Of a DNA stretch of 64,000 nt, positions 1 to 7,966 are shown one piece after another. Within the stretch, counting starts at the first letter, position 1, and the number at the start of each line of letters is the position of its first letter. This stretch comes from an uncultured virus (IMG/VR IMGVR_UViG_3300014969_000015) (taxonomy: Duplodnaviria > Heunggongvirae > Uroviricota > Caudoviricetes): IMG/VR virus record IMGVR_UViG_3300014969_000015; one strand, 5' to 3'. A program made the translations under genes and the position numbers. A model generated the notes under the pieces. That model had not been told where the DNA came from, did not search any database, and saw only the letters and a program-made list of their open reading frames with translations.

Positions 1-1
1 C

Positions 2-877
2 TTCCTTGTATTTAACTCCGTGCCTGCTGGCCTTGTAGCGGAGCATTCCTCGGAAAGTCGACCAGCCCGCGTCGTACACGGATTTTGCCATCCGCGTGCG
101 GCCGAGCTGAGAACTGGAGACGTCTCCGACGTAGATCGCTGCGTGCTCTCGCACGAATCTCGTCGAGAGTTTGTGGTGATGATCCCGCCGGACGTTCGCG
201 ATCTTGTCGTGCAAGGCACGGACACGATCCATCTTGTTCGCGCGCTGAGCGACGATCAGCTTGTCCTCCCAGAGACGGTACGTCCGGGGAGCGTCAACCT
301 TCTCCCCGGTCGAGAGAGTCGCGAGGGACTTGAGACCAAGATCGATCCCGACCGGACATCCTGGAATCTGGGGTTGCGCATCGGCGATCTCAACGTGGAA
401 GCAAACCCACCAGCGTCCGTGCGAATCCTCGACGAAGCAGCCCCCTCTCGTCATCTCGGGGAGGGGTCGGCGCTTGGCCCCGAAGAAGCGATACGTGTTG
501 CGAAGATACGTGACTGAGCTTGGAGTAACCTGACGGGACTGTTTCTGGAAGGGCACCCAGCCGAGTGAGCGTTTTGGCCCTCCGGATCTCCGGAAGCGCG
601 GGCACTTCTTGTGAAGATCCCGAGATTTTGAGAACTGTTCGCAAACACCCTGGATCGTCTGTGCATGAAGGTGAAGGTCTCGGGACGTCCCTCCCGTGAG
701 CTTCTGCAAGTCGTACTGCGACGGCCATTTCGGAGACAGTCCCGAATTCCAGGCGCGCAGGACTGCCCGCTGCGTGGCCACGCAGTAGTTCCATACCTGG
801 TTCGCTGCCCAAGTCATACGCCGTAGTTGTCGGCAGCTTCGCTTCCCCTTCAATCGATATTTGTAGGTGAGGACCAT
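2..877 (-). CDS. tnpB: TnpB-family RNA-guided nuclease (IS200/IS605 OrfB-like), 3' end outside window
   Basis: Not in the ORF track because it runs off the edge. Manual translation from ATG 877: MVLTYKYRLKG...AANQVWNYC...PVGIDLGLKSLATLSTG (RuvC-I)...KIANVRRDHHHKLST...AIYVGDVSS...MAKSVYDAGWSTFRGMLRYKA. Confidence 0.92.
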   Translation of the reverse strand, partial: MVLTYKYRLKGKRSCRQLRRMTWAANQVWNYCVATQRAVLRAWNSGLSPKWPSQYDLQKLTGGTSRDLHLHAQTIQGVCEQFSKSRDLHKKCPRFRRSGGPKRSLGWVPFQKQSRQVTPSSVTYLRNTYRFFGAKRRPLPEMTRGGCFVEDSHGRWWVCFHVEIADAQPQIPGCPVGIDLGLKSLATLSTGEKVDAPRTYRLWEDKLIVAQRANKMDRVRALHDKIANVRRDHHHKLSTRFVREHAAIYVGDVSSSQLGRTRMAKSVYDAGWSTFRGMLRYKASRHGVKYKE

Positions 878-878
878 T

Positions 879-1247
879 CTACCCTGCCTTGGGGGCTAAC
901 CGAACCAAGACCCATACAGGCCGGTCGGTGATCCGACTGCGGTATATGAAATTACCCGCGCGTACCGTCCAATCGTGTCCATAATCCTCCAGAAAGGCGC
1001 CGTGGCCATGCACGGGATGGAGGGGGAGCGCGGGTCTAACCGCCGGGTTCCGATTTGCGGTTAACGTCCAGACGGATTTTACATCCTTGGCCGAGAAGTC
1101 GACGGGAACAGGCTTTGCGATCGATATCGATCCTTTGGTAGTGAAAGGAATCCACAGCAAGCGCTGCTGATCAGATGATTCATCAGAAGGCGTCTTTGCC
1201 AAAGCCTCAGCGATCTCTCTCGCAAGCTGGGCCTTCCGCGTTTTCAT
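879..1247 (-). CDS. Hypothetical protein with N-terminal shared tag
   Basis: MKTRKAQLAREIAEAL; start overlaps upstream stop (ATGA); stop lies 1 nt before tnpB ATG. Confidence 0.75.
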   Translation of the reverse strand: MKTRKAQLAREIAEALAKTPSDESSDQQRLLWIPFTTKGSISIAKPVPVDFSAKDVKSVWTLTANRNPAVRPALPLHPVHGHGAFLEDYGHDWTVRAGNFIYRSRITDRPVWVLVRLAPKAG

Positions 1248-1783
1248 CTGAGCTTCACATCTTCCGGGGACACCGTCGCAACACCGCCAGGCAGCCGTAC
1301 TTCAACCATCCCGTAAGAGGTGACACGCACGACGTTGCCTGGGTAACCGTTGGCCTTGATTTTGGCACCCGGCTTCAGGCTGAGGATGAGCGCCTTGTGA
1401 ATGTCGTCCTCTAGCTGTGCGTGCGACCTCTCACGCGTGGCGTGATGCAGGACAGATCTTCCATGACCCCTTTTTGTCGAGTGTTGACTTGTTCCTTTTG
1501 AGCGAGGAGACCGACGAATCAAGTACCCTGTTAGGTCCTCCTCGAATTCGGCCTCATCGCCAATGCCGCGGATCTCATTATCAGCGAAGGCCAAAGCGCT
1601 TGAGGCAACCTCGTCGAATGCCTGGGGTGAGTCGTACGCAACGCCCGGACCGAATCCCGCGGGTGCGGGCCGCACGGCGCCTCTCCAAAGCAGCTTGCCC
1701 CCTTGGCTCACCGACGTTCGATAGAAATTGTGATCGTCGTAGGTGACGTTGATTTTGAGGCTTCCTGAATAGCGCTTCGCCAT
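1244..1783 (-). CDS. Hypothetical protein with internal shared tag and small C-terminal beta domain
   Basis: 179 aa ORF containing HHATRERSHAQLEDDIHKAL. Confidence 0.75.
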   Translation of the reverse strand: MAKRYSGSLKINVTYDDHNFYRTSVSQGGKLLWRGAVRPAPAGFGPGVAYDSPQAFDEVASSALAFADNEIRGIGDEAEFEEDLTGYLIRRSPRSKGTSQHSTKRGHGRSVLHHATRERSHAQLEDDIHKALILSLKPGAKIKANGYPGNVVRVTSYGMVEVRLPGGVATVSPEDVKLR

Positions 1784-1941
1784 GGGTTCATCCTTGTTGA
1801 CAAGTAGCGACAGTTTCGCTCATACGGCTGCGTCCCCAACGGCGAATTGCCTCTTTTTAGTGCAGCGTGGGGATCGTACGCGCGGGGATGCTGAAAAACA
1901 ATTACCTCGTCGCTGGAGGCTCTTCGACGGCACGGCTATTC

Positions 1942-2376
1942 TTAACGGGCCCCACAGGGTCCCACGTGAAGTACATAGTACCGGTCGCCGTAAGGCGCGT
2001 CGCGAGCGGCAAAGCTCCCTGGAGGAGGCGGGGCAAATACCTCACATACGTGCACATAGCCCCCTTTAATCAAGCGGATCAGGTTCGCGTGCTCGCGCTT
2101 GCTGTAGGGCATCGCCTTACTGTAGGCCAGTACTTTCGAGATGAACCCCATGCTTCGGTCGTCACGCGACTGCAAGTCCGCCAACGTGGCTGCGAGCGTG
2201 GGAGTCTGCGAGATATTTTTCGCAGGGGCGGCCTTCGCTACCAGTAGAGGCTGGGGGCCAGGTCCAACGGCCGACTCTTGGAGGAGACGTGCCGTGACAT
2301 CGCGTGTCCCCTCAAGAGGGGCTTCCTTTGTCGATAAGAATTCATCGATCTCGCGAGCGATCTTTGATTTTGGCAC
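1942..2376 (-). CDS. Hypothetical protein with N-terminal shared tag
   Basis: MPKSKIAREIDEFL; TGCTAGAAT lies 7 nt upstream of the GTG. Confidence 0.7.
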   Translation of the reverse strand: MPKSKIAREIDEFLSTKEAPLEGTRDVTARLLQESAVGPGPQPLLVAKAAPAKNISQTPTLAATLADLQSRDDRSMGFISKVLAYSKAMPYSKREHANLIRLIKGGYVHVCEVFAPPPPGSFAARDAPYGDRYYVLHVGPCGAR

Positions 2377-3033
2377 GCCTTCGATTCTAGCACCCTAAAA
2401 AGACGTGGAATTACTGAAGAGGTCCCAAACCCCATAGGAGGGGCTCTTTTCGCGTTCTCCTCCCTTCCAGGTCGCTGCGAGAGGGAGGATCGCGAACAGC
2501 TGCGCGAAAGACTTACGGTCTGTAGGCTGTTCCTGCTGTACTCCCCCTACTTACAAAGGACCTAGAAAAAGGACTCTATGGCGCCGCGCGCATAATGGCG
2601 CCTAGTACTCTAGGAGGGTGCTAGGAACAGCTGATCAGGGGGAACAGAGGTGACGGCTGAATTGTGTTTCTAAGTTATTTTGATAAGTTGCGCATGTTCA
2701 GCTGCGCTGAGGGTGTCTGGGCGTACCCCCAGTTTTAGGGGGTCGGCGCTACCGTTAGACAGTTCTTACCATCGGCCCTTCTTCCGTTAGGGCGTTCTAA
2801 TTATTCGCCGCGTGGCTGCAGCCCCCAAGTGTGAAATTCCCTCAGTGTGCGGCTTAGTCCGCCCTCGGTGGGCAGATCCTCCTACTTTTGGGCCGTCGCT
2901 TTACATGTTCTGTTAGGCTGAGGGGCGTGTCCGGCCTTGAGCTATTGGTACGCCGTGCCGTCACGCGGTGGCTGGAGACGTCTGGACGGTCACGGCTCCC
3001 CGCCACGCATCGAGCTCGCGCTGCCCATTCGTC

Positions 3034-3963
3034 ATGAAGGAGAATTTCTTGAAGCGCTCCAAAACCAAGTACGGCAAGAAGGCGACCGAGAAAGTCGCGC
3101 GCACGATGCACGAGTTCAAGCGTGGGAAGCTCAGGAGCGGGGGAGGGGGCAAGGTGACCTCCCGAGCGCAGGCGATCGCGATTGGGCTCTCTCAGGCCCG
3201 GCGAGCTGGTTACAAGGCTCCGCCGCGAGGGCACGCGACGGTGAGCCTCGACGTGCGCACGCGAGAGTACCTTCGCAACATGCGACCGGGTACCGAGATC
3301 GATGCGCGAGGACTCGCGCGGGCGCTAGGCCGGGTCGATCCTCTTGAGGCCGACTACGCCCTAGAGCGCGCGGAGAAGGCGGGGCTTGCCGTCTCCCGGG
3401 ATGGGCGTTGGTTTGGTCCGGCAGGTGGACAGCTGGGGCATGCGAAAAAGTCGGCCAAGCAGATCGAGAGCGAGATCGCAGAGGCGTTGGAGCAATCTGC
3501 GGTATCAGAACCCTCAACGATTACGTTGAGAGATCGCTACAGCGGTAATCCTGTCTTGTTGACCGTCCGTGATGGACGCATTGTCAGCGTGATGGGATCT
3601 GATCCATGGCGTTACATGGGAATGTCGCTTGAAGAGGCCAAGCATTACGCCCGTCACGGAGGACGGGGGCGCGAAAAGAAGACAAGCCCCGCGCACGCGG
3701 TCCGAAAGGCGCGCGCTCCTCGTGTGGCGCTCTATCGTATTCAGCTCACGCCTGACGAGCTGCGTGCCCTTGAGTACGCGCGCGGTCGATACGCGTGGCC
3801 TGATGTGCTTTTGGCATATGCTGCCGATGATGGGTCAATCGCTCTCACGGAGAGCGAGATGTGGCAGTGGGTAGATGACGTGGACAGTGATGACTCTCCA
3901 TTTTCGCTGGCGTCTCCGGCATTCGCCGCGAAGCTTCAGCGCTTTTATGATTCACGTGTCTGA
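3034..3963 (+). CDS. DUF6496-like N-terminal domain protein with internal shared tag
   Basis: KVARTMHEFKRGKLRSG...KVTSRAQAIAIGLSQAR resembles DUF6496; contains GHAKKSAKQIESEIAEAL. Confidence 0.75.
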   Translation: MKENFLKRSKTKYGKKATEKVARTMHEFKRGKLRSGGGGKVTSRAQAIAIGLSQARRAGYKAPPRGHATVSLDVRTREYLRNMRPGTEIDARGLARALGRVDPLEADYALERAEKAGLAVSRDGRWFGPAGGQLGHAKKSAKQIESEIAEALEQSAVSEPSTITLRDRYSGNPVLLTVRDGRIVSVMGSDPWRYMGMSLEEAKHYARHGGRGREKKTSPAHAVRKARAPRVALYRIQLTPDELRALEYARGRYAWPDVLLAYAADDGSIALTESEMWQWVDDVDSDDSPFSLASPAFAAKLQRFYDSRV

Positions 3964-4166
3964 AATGGAGTCGGCTAGGCTGGTCATCCTTGATCATAGT
4001 TGTAAGAGCTGCTCGCGGGTCAGTGGCTGTCGGCCCGGGTCCCGGGTCTGCTCCCATTGCGGCCACCCGCCCGAGGACTTTGCTGACGAGCAGTCGATGG
4101 TCGAGTAGGCGAGGTTCGAAACAACGCTAGTAATCTCGTTTCGAGACCTGCTAAAATCGTGGCAAC

Positions 4167-4673
4167 ATGCGTGCTACTCGCAAGAAACCGACGCGCCCGA
4201 GTTATGACACGAGCACCGGCGAGGGTCAGAAACGTCTGATGCAAGAAAGTGTCGGTCTCGAATATGTTCAGCCTCGCCGCCTCGAAGCAGCGCTTGGTGA
4301 TTACGGTGCTGACCCTCTCGGGCCCGACGCGTATGGGGTGTTTCGTTGGCGGATGGTTCCATCAGGCGATGTCGTCGACAAGACCGAGCACGATCGCCGT
4401 CTGACGCGGGGTAGCGAAGCCAAACGGCATCACGCGGCAAAAAAGTCGACAGTTGAATTGGATCGCGACATCGCCGAAGTTCTGGCGAAAGATTATCGCG
4501 TCTCAGTGCGTGTGGAAGGCGCGCTCAAGCCGGTCTATGTTTCCCCTTGGATGACACGCGCGCAAGCTGAACATGCAGCAAGAAATCATAAGGCCATGAT
4601 CCGAGATCGTGGTTGGACGTCAGTTGTCGAGATCGAGGACAAGAGCGGTGCTGTAACGAGACTTCCGCGATAA
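4167..4673 (+). CDS. Hypothetical protein with internal shared tag
   Basis: HHAAKKSTVELDRDIAEVL; TGCTAAAAT lies 9 nt upstream of the ATG. Confidence 0.75.
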   Translation: MRATRKKPTRPSYDTSTGEGQKRLMQESVGLEYVQPRRLEAALGDYGADPLGPDAYGVFRWRMVPSGDVVDKTEHDRRLTRGSEAKRHHAAKKSTVELDRDIAEVLAKDYRVSVRVEGALKPVYVSPWMTRAQAEHAARNHKAMIRDRGWTSVVEIEDKSGAVTRLPR

Positions 4674-4697
4674 AAACTCCGCGATAAAAACGACGAC

Positions 4698-5075
4698 GTC
4701 ACGGAGGACGGGGGGGGCGCGAAAAGAAGACGAGTCCCGCGCATACGCTCCGAAAGGAGCGCACTCCTCGTGCGATGCTATTCAGTTCACGACTGACGAG
4801 CTGCGTTCCCTTGTTTGCAGCATCCATTTCCGTAGGCCGTCCAAGGCGGGATCAGTGTGGGCGTCCGGCAGCTCGGCGCAAAGCGCGGTTCGAGGATCAT
4901 GCCTCTCTCGCGCTCCGCGGCGCTCAGGAGCGCCCCGGCGCCCCGGCGCGGCGGAGGCGCGCCATGAAGGGCTCCTTGCCCGTGTCAATCGCGCTCACGG
5001 AGAGTGAGATGTGGCAGTGGATAGATGACGCGCTTTTATGATTCACGTATCTGAAAGTTGGCTAGGGCGGTCTCT
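4698..5075 (+). pseudogene. Degraded, interrupted duplicate of 3655-3990 (3' end of the DUF6496-like gene)
   Basis: Shared blocks gtcacggaggacggggg..gcgaaaagaagac, tcaatcgc.ctcacggagag.gagatgtggcagtgg and gcttttatgattcacgt.tctgaaa, with indels. Confidence 0.75.
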
Positions 5076-5959
5076 GTAGTCTCGGCCGCATCCTCGACCA
5101 TCCAGGGCTCCCATAGGCCCTCGGGTGTCCAGCGCGTGATAAAACGCCTAGCGTCAACGGGTATGGAGCCGATCAAACCCGCAGAGAATGGGCTGCCTAG
5201 CGGATTGTTTCCGACATACGTCACGTCAACAGCAAGATTCATCCCCATCTGAAGGGTTTCAAAGTTGATATAGAGGTCAAAGGCCGTCGGGGCAAACATT
5301 GCACCGGGGACTCCTCCCGCTTGTGCGAATTGCGATCGACTGCCGATTATTAGATCCTCGACTATCCAGTCTTCTGGATTTCCTCCAATGAGCAGCCTGT
5401 GAGGGCGAACCGTATGGCTTTGAGGGCGTAACGTAATTCTTGCCGTCTCTCCTGGTAAAATGTTCATGTTACTTGATAACGAGAGGACGGTGCGATCACG
5501 CTCCAGGAACCCCTTGGAAGAAGCCCTCTGGGGAATCTGCTCGAAGCCGATCTTGAGCACACTAAGATTTCGGACTTCGTCGATTGCGAAGAGCGCCTCA
5601 TGGCCCCCTCGCGGATCCGCGCCCTGCCTCCAGATGAAATTGCATACAACGGGGGCGGCGGAAGCGCTTTTGATTTCCGAAGCAATTCGACGAACAGATG
5701 CGTGATTGAACGGGTAGTTATCCGGTGCCCAGATGCCGCGCGGGGTCATGTCATCAAGGCACGAGATACCTACCGTGTTCCAGTAACTCGGCACTTCCTT
5801 CTCGAAGAAGGCATACATCCTGCCGTCGATCTGAACGAGGAGGATCGTAGCCGTTTCCCACGGTCTTTCCTGGATGCTTATCTCCCGTACTCCCTCCAGT
5901 GTATGCAGTCCGGCGCAGTCTTTCAGCACCTTCGGGCGCCAGGAGTCGAGGCCGCTCAT
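5036..5959 (-). CDS. Hypothetical protein with C-terminal beta-rich domain
   Basis: ATG 5959 overlaps the upstream stop; C-terminal ITLRPQ..RPHRLLIGG..DWIVEDLIIGSRSQF looks like a beta-sandwich. Confidence 0.65.
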   Translation of the reverse strand: MSGLDSWRPKVLKDCAGLHTLEGVREISIQERPWETATILLVQIDGRMYAFFEKEVPSYWNTVGISCLDDMTPRGIWAPDNYPFNHASVRRIASEIKSASAAPVVCNFIWRQGADPRGGHEALFAIDEVRNLSVLKIGFEQIPQRASSKGFLERDRTVLSLSSNMNILPGETARITLRPQSHTVRPHRLLIGGNPEDWIVEDLIIGSRSQFAQAGGVPGAMFAPTAFDLYINFETLQMGMNLAVDVTYVGNNPLGSPFSAGLIGSIPVDARRFITRWTPEGLWEPWMVEDAAETTETALANFQIRES

Positions 5960-6309
5960 GAAGATCGCGAGCCTTCCCTTGAAATGAAAGTGCGCAGCTT
6001 CCACTTTTTGGGAGGCACTTGCCGGAGGGCATCTTCGACGCTTGTGTGCTGAGAATCTCGAGAAGGTCCCAGCTCGTCGAAGAAGCTGACCTGCCAACGA
6101 CCCACAGTTTTTGTTGAGGGGTGAACGATCGCCGACTCATCGTGACGGGTCCGAGATGAAAATTCCGCCCCGCGTAGGGGTCCTACGACCTTCCAATCGC
6201 AGCTCTTGATCCCGAACCCAAGTGTTCGGCAGACGACGCGAAGAGGCGACTTCCGGCTCTCTAGGGCCTCTGCAATTTCTTGATCGAGTTGTGCTCTACG
6301 CTTGCTCAT
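5956..6309 (-). CDS. Hypothetical protein with N-terminal shared tag
   Basis: MSKRRAQLDQEIAEAL; ATGA overlaps at both ends. Confidence 0.75.
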   Translation of the reverse strand: MSKRRAQLDQEIAEALESRKSPLRVVCRTLGFGIKSCDWKVVGPLRGAEFSSRTRHDESAIVHPSTKTVGRWQVSFFDELGPSRDSQHTSVEDALRQVPPKKWKLRTFISREGSRSS

Positions 6310-7004
6310 AGTTTTTCTCCGAAGCGATAGCCCCGAACCCACGTCGCGACGTCGTCGTGCCCGAGTGTGCTCGTCATACCGATATGATCCACGAGACTTG
6401 GCACATGCACGTAACTGGGGCGCCCTAGCTCAAGCATCGAGGCTCCAACAACCGCGTCGACTTGCTGGTTCATTCGGTGCTTGGCGAGGTGCTTAACGAA
6501 GCGGCGGTGCTGCATGAGGTCTTTAGCTGCGGAGCGCGGGATACAGAGTGCGAGGGCTCCACAGTAGTCCCAGCCCAATCGACACTCGTTCCAGCCGTCT
6601 ACCGATCCTGGAGGCACCATGTTGGTGGCGACGTAGGGCGATAGGAAGCCGGTGCGGAGCTTTTGTCGTGCGGCAGCTGTGGCTCGCAGTGTATGTGCCG
6701 CGCCGGGTCCCCAGATCGCGTCGTCCTGCACGATGAGGAGCCAGGAAGCCGTGGTCCGTGTTAGAAGGTGCTGGAGAGCATGCCTCCAATTGACGAAGCA
6801 GCCGCGTGGCGTGGCATGATCGATGGTGGTGGTTCTTGCGTCCTTGGGCCTTGAAACCTGGTCCCAGGTGCCGGGCTCGGCGAACATGTGCACCCGCTCA
6901 TTGAAGCCGGCTTGGCGCAGGCTCGAGAGCGCGCGGTGAAGCGTAGGTGCGCGTCGCGGTGCCGTGGTCATCGCGATCGCGAGGGTGCCCGCGTCGTTTT
7001 TCAT
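6306..7004 (-). CDS. Glycosyltransferase, GT-A fold
   Basis: LAIAMTTAPR start, WLLIVQDDA (DxD-like) and PSLVDHIG..STLGH. Confidence 0.7.
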   Translation of the reverse strand: MKNDAGTLAIAMTTAPRRAPTLHRALSSLRQAGFNERVHMFAEPGTWDQVSRPKDARTTTIDHATPRGCFVNWRHALQHLLTRTTASWLLIVQDDAIWGPGAAHTLRATAAARQKLRTGFLSPYVATNMVPPGSVDGWNECRLGWDYCGALALCIPRSAAKDLMQHRRFVKHLAKHRMNQQVDAVVGASMLELGRPSYVHVPSLVDHIGMTSTLGHDDVATWVRGYRFGEKL

Positions 7005-7038
7005 CTTGACTGGGGTCTCCGTCGGCTAGCATACCACC

Positions 7039-7917
7039 GTGGTGGCACTGCAGATACAACTGGAAGACCTTCGAGGACCCGAGTGGCGAGCCCTCTTCGT
7101 TGGCGATCGTCCCCGCTTCGCGACCGCGACATCCGTCCGTCTCCTGGATGCGCATACGCTTGTTTGTGGTTCCCTTCTTGCTCGTAAGATTTATCTGATC
7201 CGCTTCGATCTAGCGTATGGCCGATATACCGTGATCGACGGTAGGGGCACCGTCTACAAGGACCGCTCTACGGAGACGGATCTTTGCGACACCGATGGGC
7301 AGGGCGGTGTACTCACCAGTAATTGTGAGGGCGGAAACATGAGCCTCTATCGGGTCTCCGGGGACAAGATCCACTACGAGCGCGATCTGTCCGCGGATCT
7401 TCCTGGAAACTACTGTCATGGTGCCCGGTTCTGTGGAGGGGGTGTGGTCGTGGCCACGGCTCTTCGAGAGCCGCGAGGCGCGCATTTCTACGAGGCTTCC
7501 TCGATGAGGAAGCTGCTCTACGTGAAGACTGAGAAGCTTCCCAAGGACATCTGTTTCTTGCCAGGCAAGCGCGGGGTCCTTGTCACGACCGATGGGGCTC
7601 CGCTGTCTGCGACCTCAGGGACGAGGAATGTCTCAGAGCTCCAGCTCATCGAGTATGACCTCGTGGGCGGGACCAGCACGGTTGTGGATCGGCAGATGTG
7701 CGAGGCACGCCAGCTTGATTCTGCGGCTTTCTATGAGGGACGGCTTTACGTCGTTGACAGCTACGGAGGCCGTGTCCTGGTAGTGGATGCGCGCACGTTA
7801 CGGCAGGTTGATCAGATTGATGGTTATGACTTTCCACACGGTGTGGATGCCAGGTACGGGATACTGGCAGTTTCCTGTTACGGAACGAACTCGATCCACG
7901 TGCGCCCGATCCGTTGA
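7039..7917 (+). CDS. Beta-propeller-like hypothetical protein
   Basis: 292 aa with blade-like repeats (RLYVVDSYGGRVLVVD, FPHGVD, LAVSCYGTNSIHV). Confidence 0.6.
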   Translation: MVALQIQLEDLRGPEWRALFVGDRPRFATATSVRLLDAHTLVCGSLLARKIYLIRFDLAYGRYTVIDGRGTVYKDRSTETDLCDTDGQGGVLTSNCEGGNMSLYRVSGDKIHYERDLSADLPGNYCHGARFCGGGVVVATALREPRGAHFYEASSMRKLLYVKTEKLPKDICFLPGKRGVLVTTDGAPLSATSGTRNVSELQLIEYDLVGGTSTVVDRQMCEARQLDSAAFYEGRLYVVDSYGGRVLVVDARTLRQVDQIDGYDFPHGVDARYGILAVSCYGTNSIHVRPIR

Positions 7918-7966
7918 TGGGTGCGGGGCTGCAGGATCCTCAGGATCCTCAGGTCATGGGTATCCC

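Noticed and set aside
20..517. 165-aa plus-strand ORF
   Set aside because: It is the antisense shadow of tnpB.
7039..7917. Array-adjacent gene as a Cas effector
   Set aside because: It looks like a beta-propeller with no RuvC, HEPN, RAMP or HD motif, and it converges on the array trailer.
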